From an uncultured Ardenticatenaceae bacterium (GTDB taxonomy: Bacteria; Chloroflexota; Anaerolineae; Promineifilales; Promineifilaceae), in the NCBI GenBank assembly GCA_964467705.1, contig CAYXUZ010000011.1, forward strand, positions 572-64,571: DNA of 64,000 nt, in the 5' to 3' direction. Below the pieces are notes generated by a model. The model was not told where the DNA came from. It saw only the letters and a list, made by a program, of their open reading frames with translations, and ran no database searches. A program made the position numbers and the translations under genes. Positions 28,233-37,155 of the stretch are shown here, piece after piece. Position 1 is the first letter of the stretch. Every line of letters begins with the position of its first letter.

Positions 28233-29445
28233 ACCGCCAGAGGCCAATGCCCAGGAACACGGCCGTAAAACCCAACAGCACCAGCACTTCCGGCAGCACG
28301 GCCGTCACCCCCCACCCCCGCGTAATAATGTCCTGAAAACCGCTCATCGCCCAATAAATCGGCGACAGTTTGCCCACTGTTTGCAGCCAGTCCGGCACAA
28401 TCTCCAACGGCCACCACGCCCCGCCCAACGCCGACATGGACAGCACTAGCACCGTGCCTAACGCATTCGCTTGCGCCAGCGTCTTCACCAATGCGGCCAT
28501 CATCATGCCCAGACCAGACATCGCCAGGGCAAAACTGACCACCATCAGCGCCAGCGCCGCCGGAGAGTTACCCCAGGCTACATCAAAAAACAGCGCCCCG
28601 GCCACAATCAGAATCACCATCTGAATGACACCTGCCGCCACAATGCCCATCAGCTTGCCGCCGATAATGCTGCCCTTGCGAATGGGCATCACCGCCAACC
28701 GGCGCAGTGTGCCCCACTGCCGCTCCTGAATCAGCACCGCCGCCCCGCCCAACATGCCAAAGGTGGCAAACATCGCCATCATGCCCGTCGATGACTGGTC
28801 AATGCCGCTGGGGATCACCTCGGCCGCATTCACCACCAGTTCGTCCTCGTTGATTTGCACGGCCGTTGGCGGCTGCTGCCAGGCCGCCCGCGCCAACGTC
28901 ACTGCTTCCAACTGGTAACTTTCCGAGTCCACATCCTGCTTAAACAAGCCTAACTCAGCGGCAACGGCCGTAGAAATGGCCGACACCCGCAGCAACCCCG
29001 TCAACTGGCTGATGGCCGCATTGACCGCCTCCGTCACCGGCTGCACGTCCCGTGTGTTGGCCGGGTCGCTGTAAAAATCCAGGTCAACACCCTGCCCCGC
29101 CGCCAGCCGTTGGCTAAAATCCGCCGGAATCACCAATGCCGCCGTGACATCCCCATTTTCCACCTGGGTCACGGCCGTTGCCCGCTCCCCCTCTTGTACG
29201 ACCAGATTCGGGTCAACCTGCAAATTCTCCAGCAACAGCCCGCCCCAATCGCCGTTGTCCTCATTCACCACCGCTACCGTCCAGGTCACGGCCGTGCTGC
29301 TCGTATTATCGCCAAATCCCCCGGTTGCCTGCCCCACCAAAAAGGTAAACAACAGCGGCATGGCAACCTGAAAAACCAACGTCGCCCGCTCCCCATACGT
29401 CAGCCGCAAATAATGAACCATCATGTCAAAGGTATTGCGTACCAT
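28219..29445 (-). CDS. ABC-2 type transporter permease
   Basis: 408 aa. N-terminal TM helix, large extracytoplasmic loop, and 5 C-terminal TM helices. Paralogue of the adjacent split gene. Confidence 0.85.
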   Translation of the reverse strand: MVRNTFDMMVHYLRLTYGERATLVFQVAMPLLFTFLVGQATGGFGDNTSSTAVTWTVAVVNEDNGDWGGLLLENLQVDPNLVVQEGERATAVTQVENGDVTAALVIPADFSQRLAAGQGVDLDFYSDPANTRDVQPVTEAVNAAISQLTGLLRVSAISTAVAAELGLFKQDVDSESYQLEAVTLARAAWQQPPTAVQINEDELVVNAAEVIPSGIDQSSTGMMAMFATFGMLGGAAVLIQERQWGTLRRLAVMPIRKGSIIGGKLMGIVAAGVIQMVILIVAGALFFDVAWGNSPAALALMVVSFALAMSGLGMMMAALVKTLAQANALGTVLVLSMSALGGAWWPLEIVPDWLQTVGKLSPIYWAMSGFQDIITRGWGVTAVLPEVLVLLGFTAVFLGIGLWRFKYE

Positions 29446-29450
29446 CGTCC

Positions 29451-30721
29451 TTACCTCTTCATCCGCCGATCAAACTGCCACAACGCTGCCAGGAAAAAGA
29501 ACCCGCCAATGCTCAACAGCACGGCCGCCGGTAACAGCACATCGGCCAGCCCACCTTCATAAATCGTCAACGCCGTCAGCCCATCAATGCCCCAGCGGTT
29601 AATGGTGATCTTGCTCAACTGATCCAGCCAGGCCGGAAAGTTTTGGGCGTTGACAAAATTGCCACCTAACGCCGCAAACACCAACGAAATGACCGAACCA
29701 AAGATGGCGGCCTGATTTGCATCCTTCGCAAACGCGGCAATCAACATCCCCAGGCCGGTATAGGCCAGCACTATCGCCAGCACCATCAGCGCCAACCCTG
29801 CGGCCGAGTTCCCCCAATTAAGTTGAAACAGCAACCGTGAGGCAAACACAAAGACCACAAACTGGATAATTCCGGCCAGAAAAACGCCGCCTACCTTACC
29901 CATCAAAAGTTCGCTGTGGCGGATGGGGGTGGTCAGCAGCCGGGGCAGTGTGCCCGCCTTTTCTTCTTCCAAAATAGAGCGGGTGCTGTCCATCATGGCA
30001 AACATCAGGAAAAGAATGCCCATGCTGGGCGCAAAAAAGGCAAACGGGCTGATTTCCACCGGCTCCTCTTCTTCGCCTACCGGAATCTGGCGCAGGGTAA
30101 TGGCCGCACCCCGGTTGGTCGCGCTCTGGTTTGTTCCACCCAACTGTGTGCCAATTCCTCCAGCACCGTTCCTAACTGCGTTAAGGCTGGCCCTAACACG
30201 GCCGTTTGCCCCATTAACTGCTCCACCGTCACCTGCGCCCCAATCGCGCCCGTGTTAAAGCTGTTGGTAATCTGCACCACAATGCCGCGCACAATATTCG
30301 GCGTGATGGTGGAACTGGGATCGGCGTAAAAGGCAACAATAGCTGGCGATGGCGAGTCGGTGTTGCCGCGCACGGCCGTCGAAAAGCCTACCGGAATATG
30401 CACCACCGCCCGCGCCTCCCCCTGCTGCACGATAGCCCGCGCCTCGTCCAGGTCAGCCATCTCCGTCACCAGCAGCAGTTCCGCCAACTCACCCGCCTGC
30501 ATCGCCTCTACAAACTGCACCCCCATTTCCCCTTCGTCATCATTCACCACCAGCACCGGAATCTGGTCAAAGGGCACACTGCTGCCGCCCATCAAAAAGT
30601 TGCCAAACGACGCGCCAATGATGAACGACAGCACCAACGGCGCCAGAATCATCAACAACAGCGCATTCCGATCCCGAAATGTAATGCTCAAATCCTTCCA
30701 GGTAATCGCCAAAATTCTCAT
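29451..30721 (-). pseudogene. ABC-2 type transporter permease interrupted by a frameshift near 30115-30140
   Basis: ORF 30077-30721 encodes the N-terminal TM helix plus loop (MRILAITWKDLSITFRDRNALLLMILAPL...). ORF 29451-30143 encodes the C-terminal TM bundle in another frame. Together they match the 408-aa paralogue. Confidence 0.6.
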
Positions 30722-30798
30722 AGTACCTCACCATACAGAAACAAATTTAACGCAGAGTCGCAGAGAAAACCTTCGCGTATCTTCGCGCTCTTCGCGGA

Positions 30799-31758
30799 TC
30801 AGTCCCGCAGCGCTCGCCCTGTCAGGTGCAAAAACACCGCTTCCAGGTCTGGCTCTTGAATTTCCAGCTTGCGAATGGGCAAGCCCTGCCCGGCAATGTG
30901 CTGAATGACGACCGGCAGCAGGGCATTGGCATCTTCGGCTTGCAGCAGCAAACGGCCGTCCACCTCCCCATCCACCTGATGCACCCCCGGTAGCGCCGCC
31001 AACGTCTGCTGCAAATCCCCGTTCGCCCCATCAGGCAGCCCCACATCCAGCCGCACCGTGTCATAATGCCCCACCATCGCCGTCAATTCATCCAGCGTGC
31101 CCAATGCAATCAATTCGCCATGATCAATAATGCCAATGCGATGGCTCAGTTCTTCCGCCTCTTCCATGTAATGGGTGGTATACAGCACCGTCAGCCCTTG
31201 TTGGTTGAGTTCCTGCACCGTGTCCAGAATGCGTCGGCGGCTTTGGGGGTCAATGCCCACCGTTGGCTCATCCATGTACAGCACTTTGGGATTGTGCAGC
31301 AGCCCCACGGCGATGTTGATACGCCGTTTCATGCCGCCGGAGAAGGTTTCCACCTTGTCGTTGGCTCTATCCGTCAGACCGGCAATATCGAGTACGGCCG
31401 TGACCCGTTCCTTCAACTTATCCCCGCGCAGCCCATACATGCGCCCCCAAAACTGCAAATTCTCGCGGGCGCTGATGGCATCATACAGAGCAATCTCCTG
31501 CGGCACCACGCCAATCACCTGCTTCACTGCCTTCGCCTCGCGGGTAATAGCGTGTCCATCAATCACCGCCTCGCCGCCAGAGGGGGCCAACAACCCACTG
31601 AGCATGGCAATGGTCGTACTCTTGCCCGCCCCATTTGGCCCCAACAGGCTAAAAATCTCCCCCTGCTGAATGGCAAAAGAAACACCTTTCACCGCTTCCG
31701 GCCCATCCGGCGGGTTATACTGTTTACGCAAATCACGGGTTTCCACAATGACAGACAT
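30799..31758 (-). CDS. ABC transporter ATP-binding protein
   Basis: Walker A GPNGAGKST, signature FSGGMKRR, Walker B LYMDEPTVGID. Confidence 0.95.
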   Translation of the reverse strand: MSVIVETRDLRKQYNPPDGPEAVKGVSFAIQQGEIFSLLGPNGAGKSTTIAMLSGLLAPSGGEAVIDGHAITREAKAVKQVIGVVPQEIALYDAISARENLQFWGRMYGLRGDKLKERVTAVLDIAGLTDRANDKVETFSGGMKRRINIAVGLLHNPKVLYMDEPTVGIDPQSRRRILDTVQELNQQGLTVLYTTHYMEEAEELSHRIGIIDHGELIALGTLDELTAMVGHYDTVRLDVGLPDGANGDLQQTLAALPGVHQVDGEVDGRLLLQAEDANALLPVVIQHIAGQGLPIRKLEIQEPDLEAVFLHLTGRALRD

Positions 31759-31773
31759 ATTTTTCTCCTGAAA

Positions 31774-31848
31774 GTGATCGTGTGTTTGTGTGTTTTCGTT
31801 CTTGCGTGATCACTCAAACACGAACACACAAAATCACACAAACACAAG
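31774..31848. repeat. Word hairpin (GTGTTTGTG / CACAAACAC words) centred on GTGATCAC
   Basis: GTGATCGTGTGTTTGTGTGTTTTCG ... GTGATCAC ... AAACACGAACACACAAAATCACACAAACACAAG. Confidence 0.75.
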
Positions 31849-31906
31849 TTTAACGGCCGTGCCCCCACCGCAGATGTGCCAGAAGTCACATCCAGGTCAC
31901 TATGAC

Positions 31907-31958
31907 CGATTACGGATTACGGGTTACGAACTACGGATTACCGGGTTACAGGGCGATT
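31907..31958. repeat. CGGATTAC-word repeat block
   Basis: CGATTACGGATTACGGGTTACGAACTACGGATTACCGGGTTAC. The same word family occurs at 14460-14520, 32927-32997, 35864-35925 and 45420-45450. Confidence 0.8.
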
Positions 31959-32411
31959 TAGCGCGCGGTCGGCCAGGCCAGGGCCAACCACCATCACCAG
32001 CGCGGCAATGGCCTTGCCGCGTTGGGTGACGGCAAATACATCCGCGTACCCCACCGAAGCACAGGTAGCAATGTAATAAAACGAATCTATGTAGGTGTTG
32101 ATTTTGGGGTTTTCCACCCGTTCAGCAGCATAAAAGGCCGCTGCCGCTGCCCCCAAAAAGCCAAAGGCAGCTTCCATGGGATTGCCTTCTGCCCAAGTTA
32201 GAAAACGATCTTCCCAGGCGTCTCGCTGCTGAAAAAAAACGCCCAGATACGCCTGCACCTGCTCACCGGACACGCCCAACCAGACCTGTAACAGGTCAGA
32301 CAAAGCTGTAGGTAGAGGCACGGCCGTGCCCCCTCCATTCCCTTTTTTTGTTGGCGGAAATAACTGATCTAAAGCTGCTTGCTGTTCTGAGGTCAACATG
32401 GCAATAGTCAC
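31938..32411 (-). CDS. Minimal 2TM potassium-channel-like protein with variant selectivity filter SVGYAD
   Basis: TM1 MEAAFGFLGAAAAAFYAAE, pore helix plus filter YIDSFYYIATCASVGYADVF, TM2 GKAIAALVMVVGPGL. A GTG start overlaps the upstream stop (GTGA); an alternative ATG is at 32399. Confidence 0.6.
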   Translation of the reverse strand: MTIAMLTSEQQAALDQLFPPTKKGNGGGTAVPLPTALSDLLQVWLGVSGEQVQAYLGVFFQQRDAWEDRFLTWAEGNPMEAAFGFLGAAAAAFYAAERVENPKINTYIDSFYYIATCASVGYADVFAVTQRGKAIAALVMVVGPGLADRALNRPVTR

Positions 32412-32926
32412 AACTCGGCATCTCGGCCCGCTGCCCGCACTTCCTCACGGGCAGCGGCCATATCTTCACGCCGGGCAATTTGCTCTTCGCGTTCGGCCAG
32501 TTCGTGGTGTAGGGTCACGGCCGTTTTGTCCAACTCCCGCTGTAGCGTTTGCATCTGTTCCCGCATTGCTACATTTTCCTCGCGTGCTTTCAAATGAGCA
32601 GATTGGCTCATAATCGCCGCCATTCGCTGTTGCAACCTGTCAATCTCAGCCTGTAAGGCAGCAATTGTCTGCCCAAACGCCCGGTGTTGTTCTTCCAGTT
32701 CAGCGGCATATGGTTGTCCCTGCGCTTGCGCTGTGCGCCAGATGGCTTCGGCCTGCTTTTCACGGGTCAGCGCCAGCGCCAACTCATTTTTCAAGGCATC
32801 CAACCGCTTTTGGGCTTGCTGAATATGGGCAGCAGTAGGGTCAGGCACGGCCGTGTCCGATTCTTCGCTAAAGAGATCAGTCACGGCCGTTTGCACCACC
32901 CGCCGCACCTTCGCCCACAATCCCAT
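32408..32926 (-). CDS. PspA/IM30-like coiled-coil protein
   Basis: The N-terminal amphipathic helix MGLWAKVRRVVQTAVTDLF resembles PspA/Vipp1 helix 0. The remainder is heptad coiled coil. Confidence 0.6.
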   Translation of the reverse strand: MGLWAKVRRVVQTAVTDLFSEESDTAVPDPTAAHIQQAQKRLDALKNELALALTREKQAEAIWRTAQAQGQPYAAELEEQHRAFGQTIAALQAEIDRLQQRMAAIMSQSAHLKAREENVAMREQMQTLQRELDKTAVTLHHELAEREEQIARREDMAAAREEVRAAGRDAEL

Positions 32927-32997
32927 GTCAATTACCAATGGTCAATGGTCAATTGCCAACTGACCGATTACCAATAACGGATTACCGATTACGGATT
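32927..32997. repeat. Word repeat block (CAATGGT / CGATTAC words)
   Basis: CCAATGGTCAATGGTCAATTGCCAACTGACCGATTACCAATAACGGATTACCGATTACGGATTC, between the flotillin stop and the pspA-like start. Confidence 0.7.
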
Positions 32998-35037
32998 CCC
33001 CGCCGTTGCCCGCAAGTAGAAATCGTCAAAGGGCAGGTCACGGATAATGGGGAGTTGGGACACGGCCGTTTGCGCTTTTTGCACGGCCGTATCATCCGGC
33101 AACTTTTCGCTCAACAATTGCAATGCCTCACCCACCGTTTTGCCTTTCAACTTATTCACATTCAAATGCTGCTCCGCCTTCTGCACAATTTCCGGCACCA
33201 ACAGCGCCAGTTCCGCCACATTTGTCCCCGCATTGGCCCCATTGGCCGCTTTGGTCAGGCTATCATCCCCGGTATTCCCCGTAACCCGGTTCAGCAACTG
33301 CTGGCCTGCTTCCAAGACCGGTGCAGGCGTATTCTTCAACACCTCGCCCAAGCCATCAGACAACGTGACCATGCGCAGCAGCGAGGCAGCGGCATTGGGA
33401 TCACCAATCATCTTGATATTCATCGAGGCCAGCGCCTTCGCCAACGCTTCAGACTTCGCCACCTCAATCTGCACCTGCGCGTCCAACTGCAATTTCAAAA
33501 TTTCCACGCGCTGCGCCACCCCGTCAAAGGCTGCCAACGCTTCCGCTTTGGCTTTGGCCCCTTCCGCTTCCGCCAACGCTCTGGCCTTCACGGCATCGGC
33601 CTCTTGCATCGCCGCTTCCGCCTTCGCCCGCAACACATCCGCATCCGCCAGACCAACGGCCGACGCCTGCGCTTTGGCCGCCTCGGCGCGCAGCTTTTCC
33701 GCTTCCGTCTCCGCCTGCGCCTGGGTGCGAATCGTTTCTGCCTGTTTCAGCGCCGCTTCGGCTTCGGCTGCCGCACGAGCTTTGAGGGCGGCTGCTTCCG
33801 CTTCCGCTTCGCGCTGTTTGCGCAGCGCTTCCAGTTCAATGCGGTTCTTTTGCTCAATCATTGCCTTTTGCGCTTCCCGCTCCGCCTGAATGGTACTGAT
33901 TTTAGCTTCGCGCTGCGCCTGTTGGGTGGCTTCCACCGTTTTCACGGCCTGAGCTGCTTCTTCTCGTTTCGCCAGCACCAGCAGGCGCTCCTCTTCGGCT
34001 CGTTCGCGCTCTTGTTCCGCCTGCACCAGGGCAATCTGGCGCTGCTGGTCGGCCAGTTCCAATGTCTGGCGGCGGGTCAACTCGGTTGACATCACCTCTT
34101 GCTGGTTGCGCTCGTTTTGCACGGCCAGCTCTTGCGACTTCCCCATTTCTAGCAGGGCCACTGCCCGCTCTTTGGCAATCCGCGCCTGCTCCGATTTCTG
34201 CTCTTCTTCAAACACCTTTTGGTCAGCCTGCGCTTTCTCGGTAGCCTGCATGGTGCGCACTTCGCGCTCTTGTGTCGCTGCTGCCAGTGCCAGATCACGG
34301 TCCAGGTCTAACCGCTGGCGGGCCGTTTCCGTGTCCTTTTTCTTAATTTCAATCTCCATCTTGCGCTCGATGTCATTGCGCTCCCGTAGCGCCTGTTGGA
34401 TCACTTGCGCGTTGGCGCGGGCCACCTGTGCGCCGAACACATCGTCGGTGCCAAAGGAGCCTTGCCGCGCCGCCCGCAGCGTGAGGATGGAGACGGATTC
34501 CAACGTCAGACCGTTTTCTTCCAGGTCAGCTTTGAGCCGGTTTTGCACTTCCTCGATGAACTTTTCTCGCTCTTGATGCAGGCTCATCAGGGTGAAAGTG
34601 GCGGCTACGTCGCGTAGCGCGCCGTCCAGTTTGGCGTCTACCAATTCTTTCACGGTAGCCCCATCCACCTGCTTGCCGCCAATGGTGCGGGCGGCGTCCA
34701 CAATGCCGTCAATGGTGGGGCTGACTTTGATGTAAAAGATAACCTTGATGTCGGCATATTGGGGATCAATGGTGAGCAGGGCGGTTTCGCCGGTACGCTC
34801 AATTTCGATGGCCATGGTGTTCAGGTCTACCCAGGTGAATTCGTGAATGGTGCGGAAGACCCAACCGCCACCGTTCATCACGACTTTGGGCGGGGCGGTC
34901 GAGCGCCCCAGACCGCCGGTACGGACAAAGGCGCGGTTGGGCGGCGTCTTGACATAGGCGCGTAGGATAGAAAAGAACAGGATGATGCTAAACAGGACAG
35001 CCACAAAAATGATGGCGGCAGGGATTAAAACTTGCAT
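32989..35037 (-). CDS. Flotillin (SPFH/band-7 domain) protein, YqiK/FloT-like
   Basis: 682 aa. N-terminal TM helix, SPFH domain (TMAIEIERTGETALLTIDPQYADIKVIFYIKV), and a long Ala/Glu flotillin coiled coil. Confidence 0.9.
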   Translation of the reverse strand: MQVLIPAAIIFVAVLFSIILFFSILRAYVKTPPNRAFVRTGGLGRSTAPPKVVMNGGGWVFRTIHEFTWVDLNTMAIEIERTGETALLTIDPQYADIKVIFYIKVSPTIDGIVDAARTIGGKQVDGATVKELVDAKLDGALRDVAATFTLMSLHQEREKFIEEVQNRLKADLEENGLTLESVSILTLRAARQGSFGTDDVFGAQVARANAQVIQQALRERNDIERKMEIEIKKKDTETARQRLDLDRDLALAAATQEREVRTMQATEKAQADQKVFEEEQKSEQARIAKERAVALLEMGKSQELAVQNERNQQEVMSTELTRRQTLELADQQRQIALVQAEQERERAEEERLLVLAKREEAAQAVKTVEATQQAQREAKISTIQAEREAQKAMIEQKNRIELEALRKQREAEAEAAALKARAAAEAEAALKQAETIRTQAQAETEAEKLRAEAAKAQASAVGLADADVLRAKAEAAMQEADAVKARALAEAEGAKAKAEALAAFDGVAQRVEILKLQLDAQVQIEVAKSEALAKALASMNIKMIGDPNAAASLLRMVTLSDGLGEVLKNTPAPVLEAGQQLLNRVTGNTGDDSLTKAANGANAGTNVAELALLVPEIVQKAEQHLNVNKLKGKTVGEALQLLSEKLPDDTAVQKAQTAVSQLPIIRDLPFDDFYLRATAGNP

Positions 35038-35079
35038 GGGTTCCTCCTATGTGGAAACAAGGCGATTTGGCAAATCGCG

Positions 35080-35784
35080 TTACGATTTTTTATCAATGGA
35101 CACGGCCGTATACCGTTTTTTAGCCGCGTCATAATCCACCAGCACCACTTCTGACTTGCCGTCAATCGGCTCGTCGTCACCGGTTATGGCAAAGACGTTG
35201 ATCAACGTGCCACCCTGGTCACGTACCCGTACCAAACCATATTTGCCATCCACACGCGGGCTGATGACTGCGCCACGCCGCCCCACTAACCCGGCAGCCG
35301 ATGTGGCAGTGGTGTTGATAGACGGCAGGAGACGGCCGATTATTCGGGCCACACGAGATGAGATTAAACCACCAAAAATAAAGGCGAGGGGAAAGACCAA
35401 CACCAGCCCCCAGGCTGGGTAACTGCCTAAAATGGTTTCTAGCAGGGTGTTGAGCGTCCAACCAATCACGGCCATACTGCCCAGTAAAACAACCAGTACA
35501 ACCATCAATGGTGCCTTGCCTATGCCCAGAAAAGCCAATACAGACAGTGAATCAAAACCACCATCCGCATCAAGGTCGGCGTCTATGTCCACATCGGCGT
35601 CGGCATCAAAGTCAAGGTCTATGTCGGCGTCCAGATCGGCGTCAAAGTCGGCATCGAGGTCAGAATCACCATCTCCACCCAGGCCAATGAGTTGCAGCAT
35701 CGCCAGGAGTCCACACACCAGCAGCATCAGCGTAAAGGGCAAGTTGTACCAACTAAACAGCGTAGGGAAGGTTTCGGTTAACAT
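35080..35784 (-). CDS. NfeD-like membrane protein (YqiJ/DUF1449 type)
   Basis: TM helices flank an acidic DLDADFDADLDADIDLDFDADADVDID tract. C-terminal OB-like GRRGAVISPRVDGKYGLVRVRDQGGTLINVFA. Sits directly upstream of flotillin, as in yqiJK. Confidence 0.75.
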   Translation of the reverse strand: MLTETFPTLFSWYNLPFTLMLLVCGLLAMLQLIGLGGDGDSDLDADFDADLDADIDLDFDADADVDIDADLDADGGFDSLSVLAFLGIGKAPLMVVLVVLLGSMAVIGWTLNTLLETILGSYPAWGLVLVFPLAFIFGGLISSRVARIIGRLLPSINTTATSAAGLVGRRGAVISPRVDGKYGLVRVRDQGGTLINVFAITGDDEPIDGKSEVVLVDYDAAKKRYTAVSIDKKS

Positions 35785-35863
35785 GGTGTGAACATTTTAC
35801 CAGCAATTGTTACGCAGGTGTATACGGGAACGGGGGATTTGCGGTTGTAACCGTGACGTGTAA

Positions 35864-35925
35864 GCCGTAATCCGAAGTCCGCTATCCGTAATCCGACAAC
35901 GGATTACCGATTACGGATTACGAGG
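35864..35925. repeat. Word hairpin (GTAATCCG / CGGATTAC words)
   Basis: CCGTAATCCGAAGTCCGCTATCCGTAATCCGACAACGGATTACCGATTACGGATTACG. The core GTAATCCG-ACAA-CGGATTAC is perfect. Confidence 0.8.
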
Positions 35926-36934
35926 ATAGATAGGGATAGGCAAGGAACAGATTTTCGAGAACAAGACGGCCGTTTGCATTATGCTCCAACTGCCACAGGG
36001 CCAGGGTGGTTTGTTTGAGGCTGGCGAGTACGGCCGTGTCCGATACATTATTTGCTGTCTGGCGAATGGCCTCTATCTGGTCAATGTTGGTAATATGGAC
36101 ACGAGTGCCGCCACTCTGCGCCAGTATGTTTACATCCCGCCACCAACTGACCCATGTTTGTAGCACGGCGGGCGCGGATTCCGGTTTGTTCGCCAGTTTG
36201 TCGGCCAGTTGGAAGCGGCGCACCCGGCTGCCCCCCAACGCCTCCTGCAACTGCGCCAGGTGAGTGGACCGTTCCTGTAACAAGGCGGGGTCTTGGGCCG
36301 CCCGCACGGCCCACCCCAGACGGCCGTCCGCCAGATGGGCCAGCAGTTCGGCTTTCTCTTCCTCTACCCGCCACTGGGTGGTCAGACTTTGTTCGATGAG
36401 TTCGGTGGGTAACGGCCGTAAATTAAGCGTGCGGCAGCGGGAAGAGATGGTGGGCAGCAACGTATCGGCATCTGTGGCCGTCAGGATGAGTACCACGCGG
36501 GGCGGTGGTTCTTCCAATGTTTTGAGGAAGGCATTGGACGCGCCAATGGTGGCCACATCAAACCGCTTGAGGATGGCTACTTTAAAACGGGCTTCATACG
36601 CGGAAAGGTTTAGCTCTTGCTGCAATTGGCGAATGGTTTCAATTTTCAGCGTTAGTTTGCCTCGCCCGCTCACTTCCGGCTCAACCAGGCGCACATCAGG
36701 ATGACGGCCGTTGCCAATGAGCGTACAGGCGCGGCACAAATGGCCGGGTTGGCATGAGCCATCAGCTTCACCCGTGCAGTTGAGCGCCTGGGCAAAGGCG
36801 CGGGCCAGAGTGGTCATGCCCACCTGGTCGGGACCGGTGATGAGGTAGGCATGTCCGTTACGGCCGTGTACCAGACTTTCTCGCAACATTGTCACCGCCC
36901 ACTCATGCCCGATTACGTTTTGCCAGTTGCTCAT
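35918..36934 (-). CDS. holB: DNA polymerase III delta-prime subunit
   Basis: GHAYLITGPDQVGMTTLARAFAQALNC, the zinc-module Cys cluster CQPGHLCRAC, and VVLILTATD...TISSRC. Confidence 0.88.
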   Translation of the reverse strand: MSNWQNVIGHEWAVTMLRESLVHGRNGHAYLITGPDQVGMTTLARAFAQALNCTGEADGSCQPGHLCRACTLIGNGRHPDVRLVEPEVSGRGKLTLKIETIRQLQQELNLSAYEARFKVAILKRFDVATIGASNAFLKTLEEPPPRVVLILTATDADTLLPTISSRCRTLNLRPLPTELIEQSLTTQWRVEEEKAELLAHLADGRLGWAVRAAQDPALLQERSTHLAQLQEALGGSRVRRFQLADKLANKPESAPAVLQTWVSWWRDVNILAQSGGTRVHITNIDQIEAIRQTANNVSDTAVLASLKQTTLALWQLEHNANGRLVLENLFLAYPYLSS

Positions 36935-37079
36935 ATATGCTATTTTAGAGGCAAAGTAATGAATTGGGCAATTTGCTGTTTCTCTACTGCGGGTCTGCCT
37001 TGAATATCAATACCATTAGAAAGGGGTTTTGTACCCGGTAAGAAGCATGTAATAGTTTTGCCTCTTCACGTTATTCATA

Positions 37080-37108
37080 TTGACAAAAAGTTGTTCGTTT
37101 CCTATTAT
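37080..37108 (+). promoter_or_regulatory. Near-consensus sigma-70-type promoter for the 37156 gene
   Basis: TTGACA (37080-37085), 17-nt spacer, TATTAT (37103-37108), in an AT-rich divergent spacer. Confidence 0.45.
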
Positions 37109-37155
37109 CTCCGTCTGATCTTATACTTGCTCATTTATTTTTGAAGAGGTTATAT

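Noticed and set aside
31774-31958. CRISPR-like array suggested by the repetitive spacers (also 13524-13597, 35864-35925, 59567-59635)
   Set aside because: The repeat units are only 6-11 nt and are immediately adjacent or inverted, with no unique spacers of about 30 nt. No cas genes are present. These are word hairpins, not CRISPR.
32938-34089. 383-aa plus-strand ORF (Arg/Phe/Leu/Gln-rich), and the 280-aa ORF at 33047-33889
   Set aside because: Both lie entirely antisense to the well-supported flotillin gene. They have low-complexity composition of the kind expected from reading an Ala/Glu codon repeat on the opposite strand. They are shadow ORFs.
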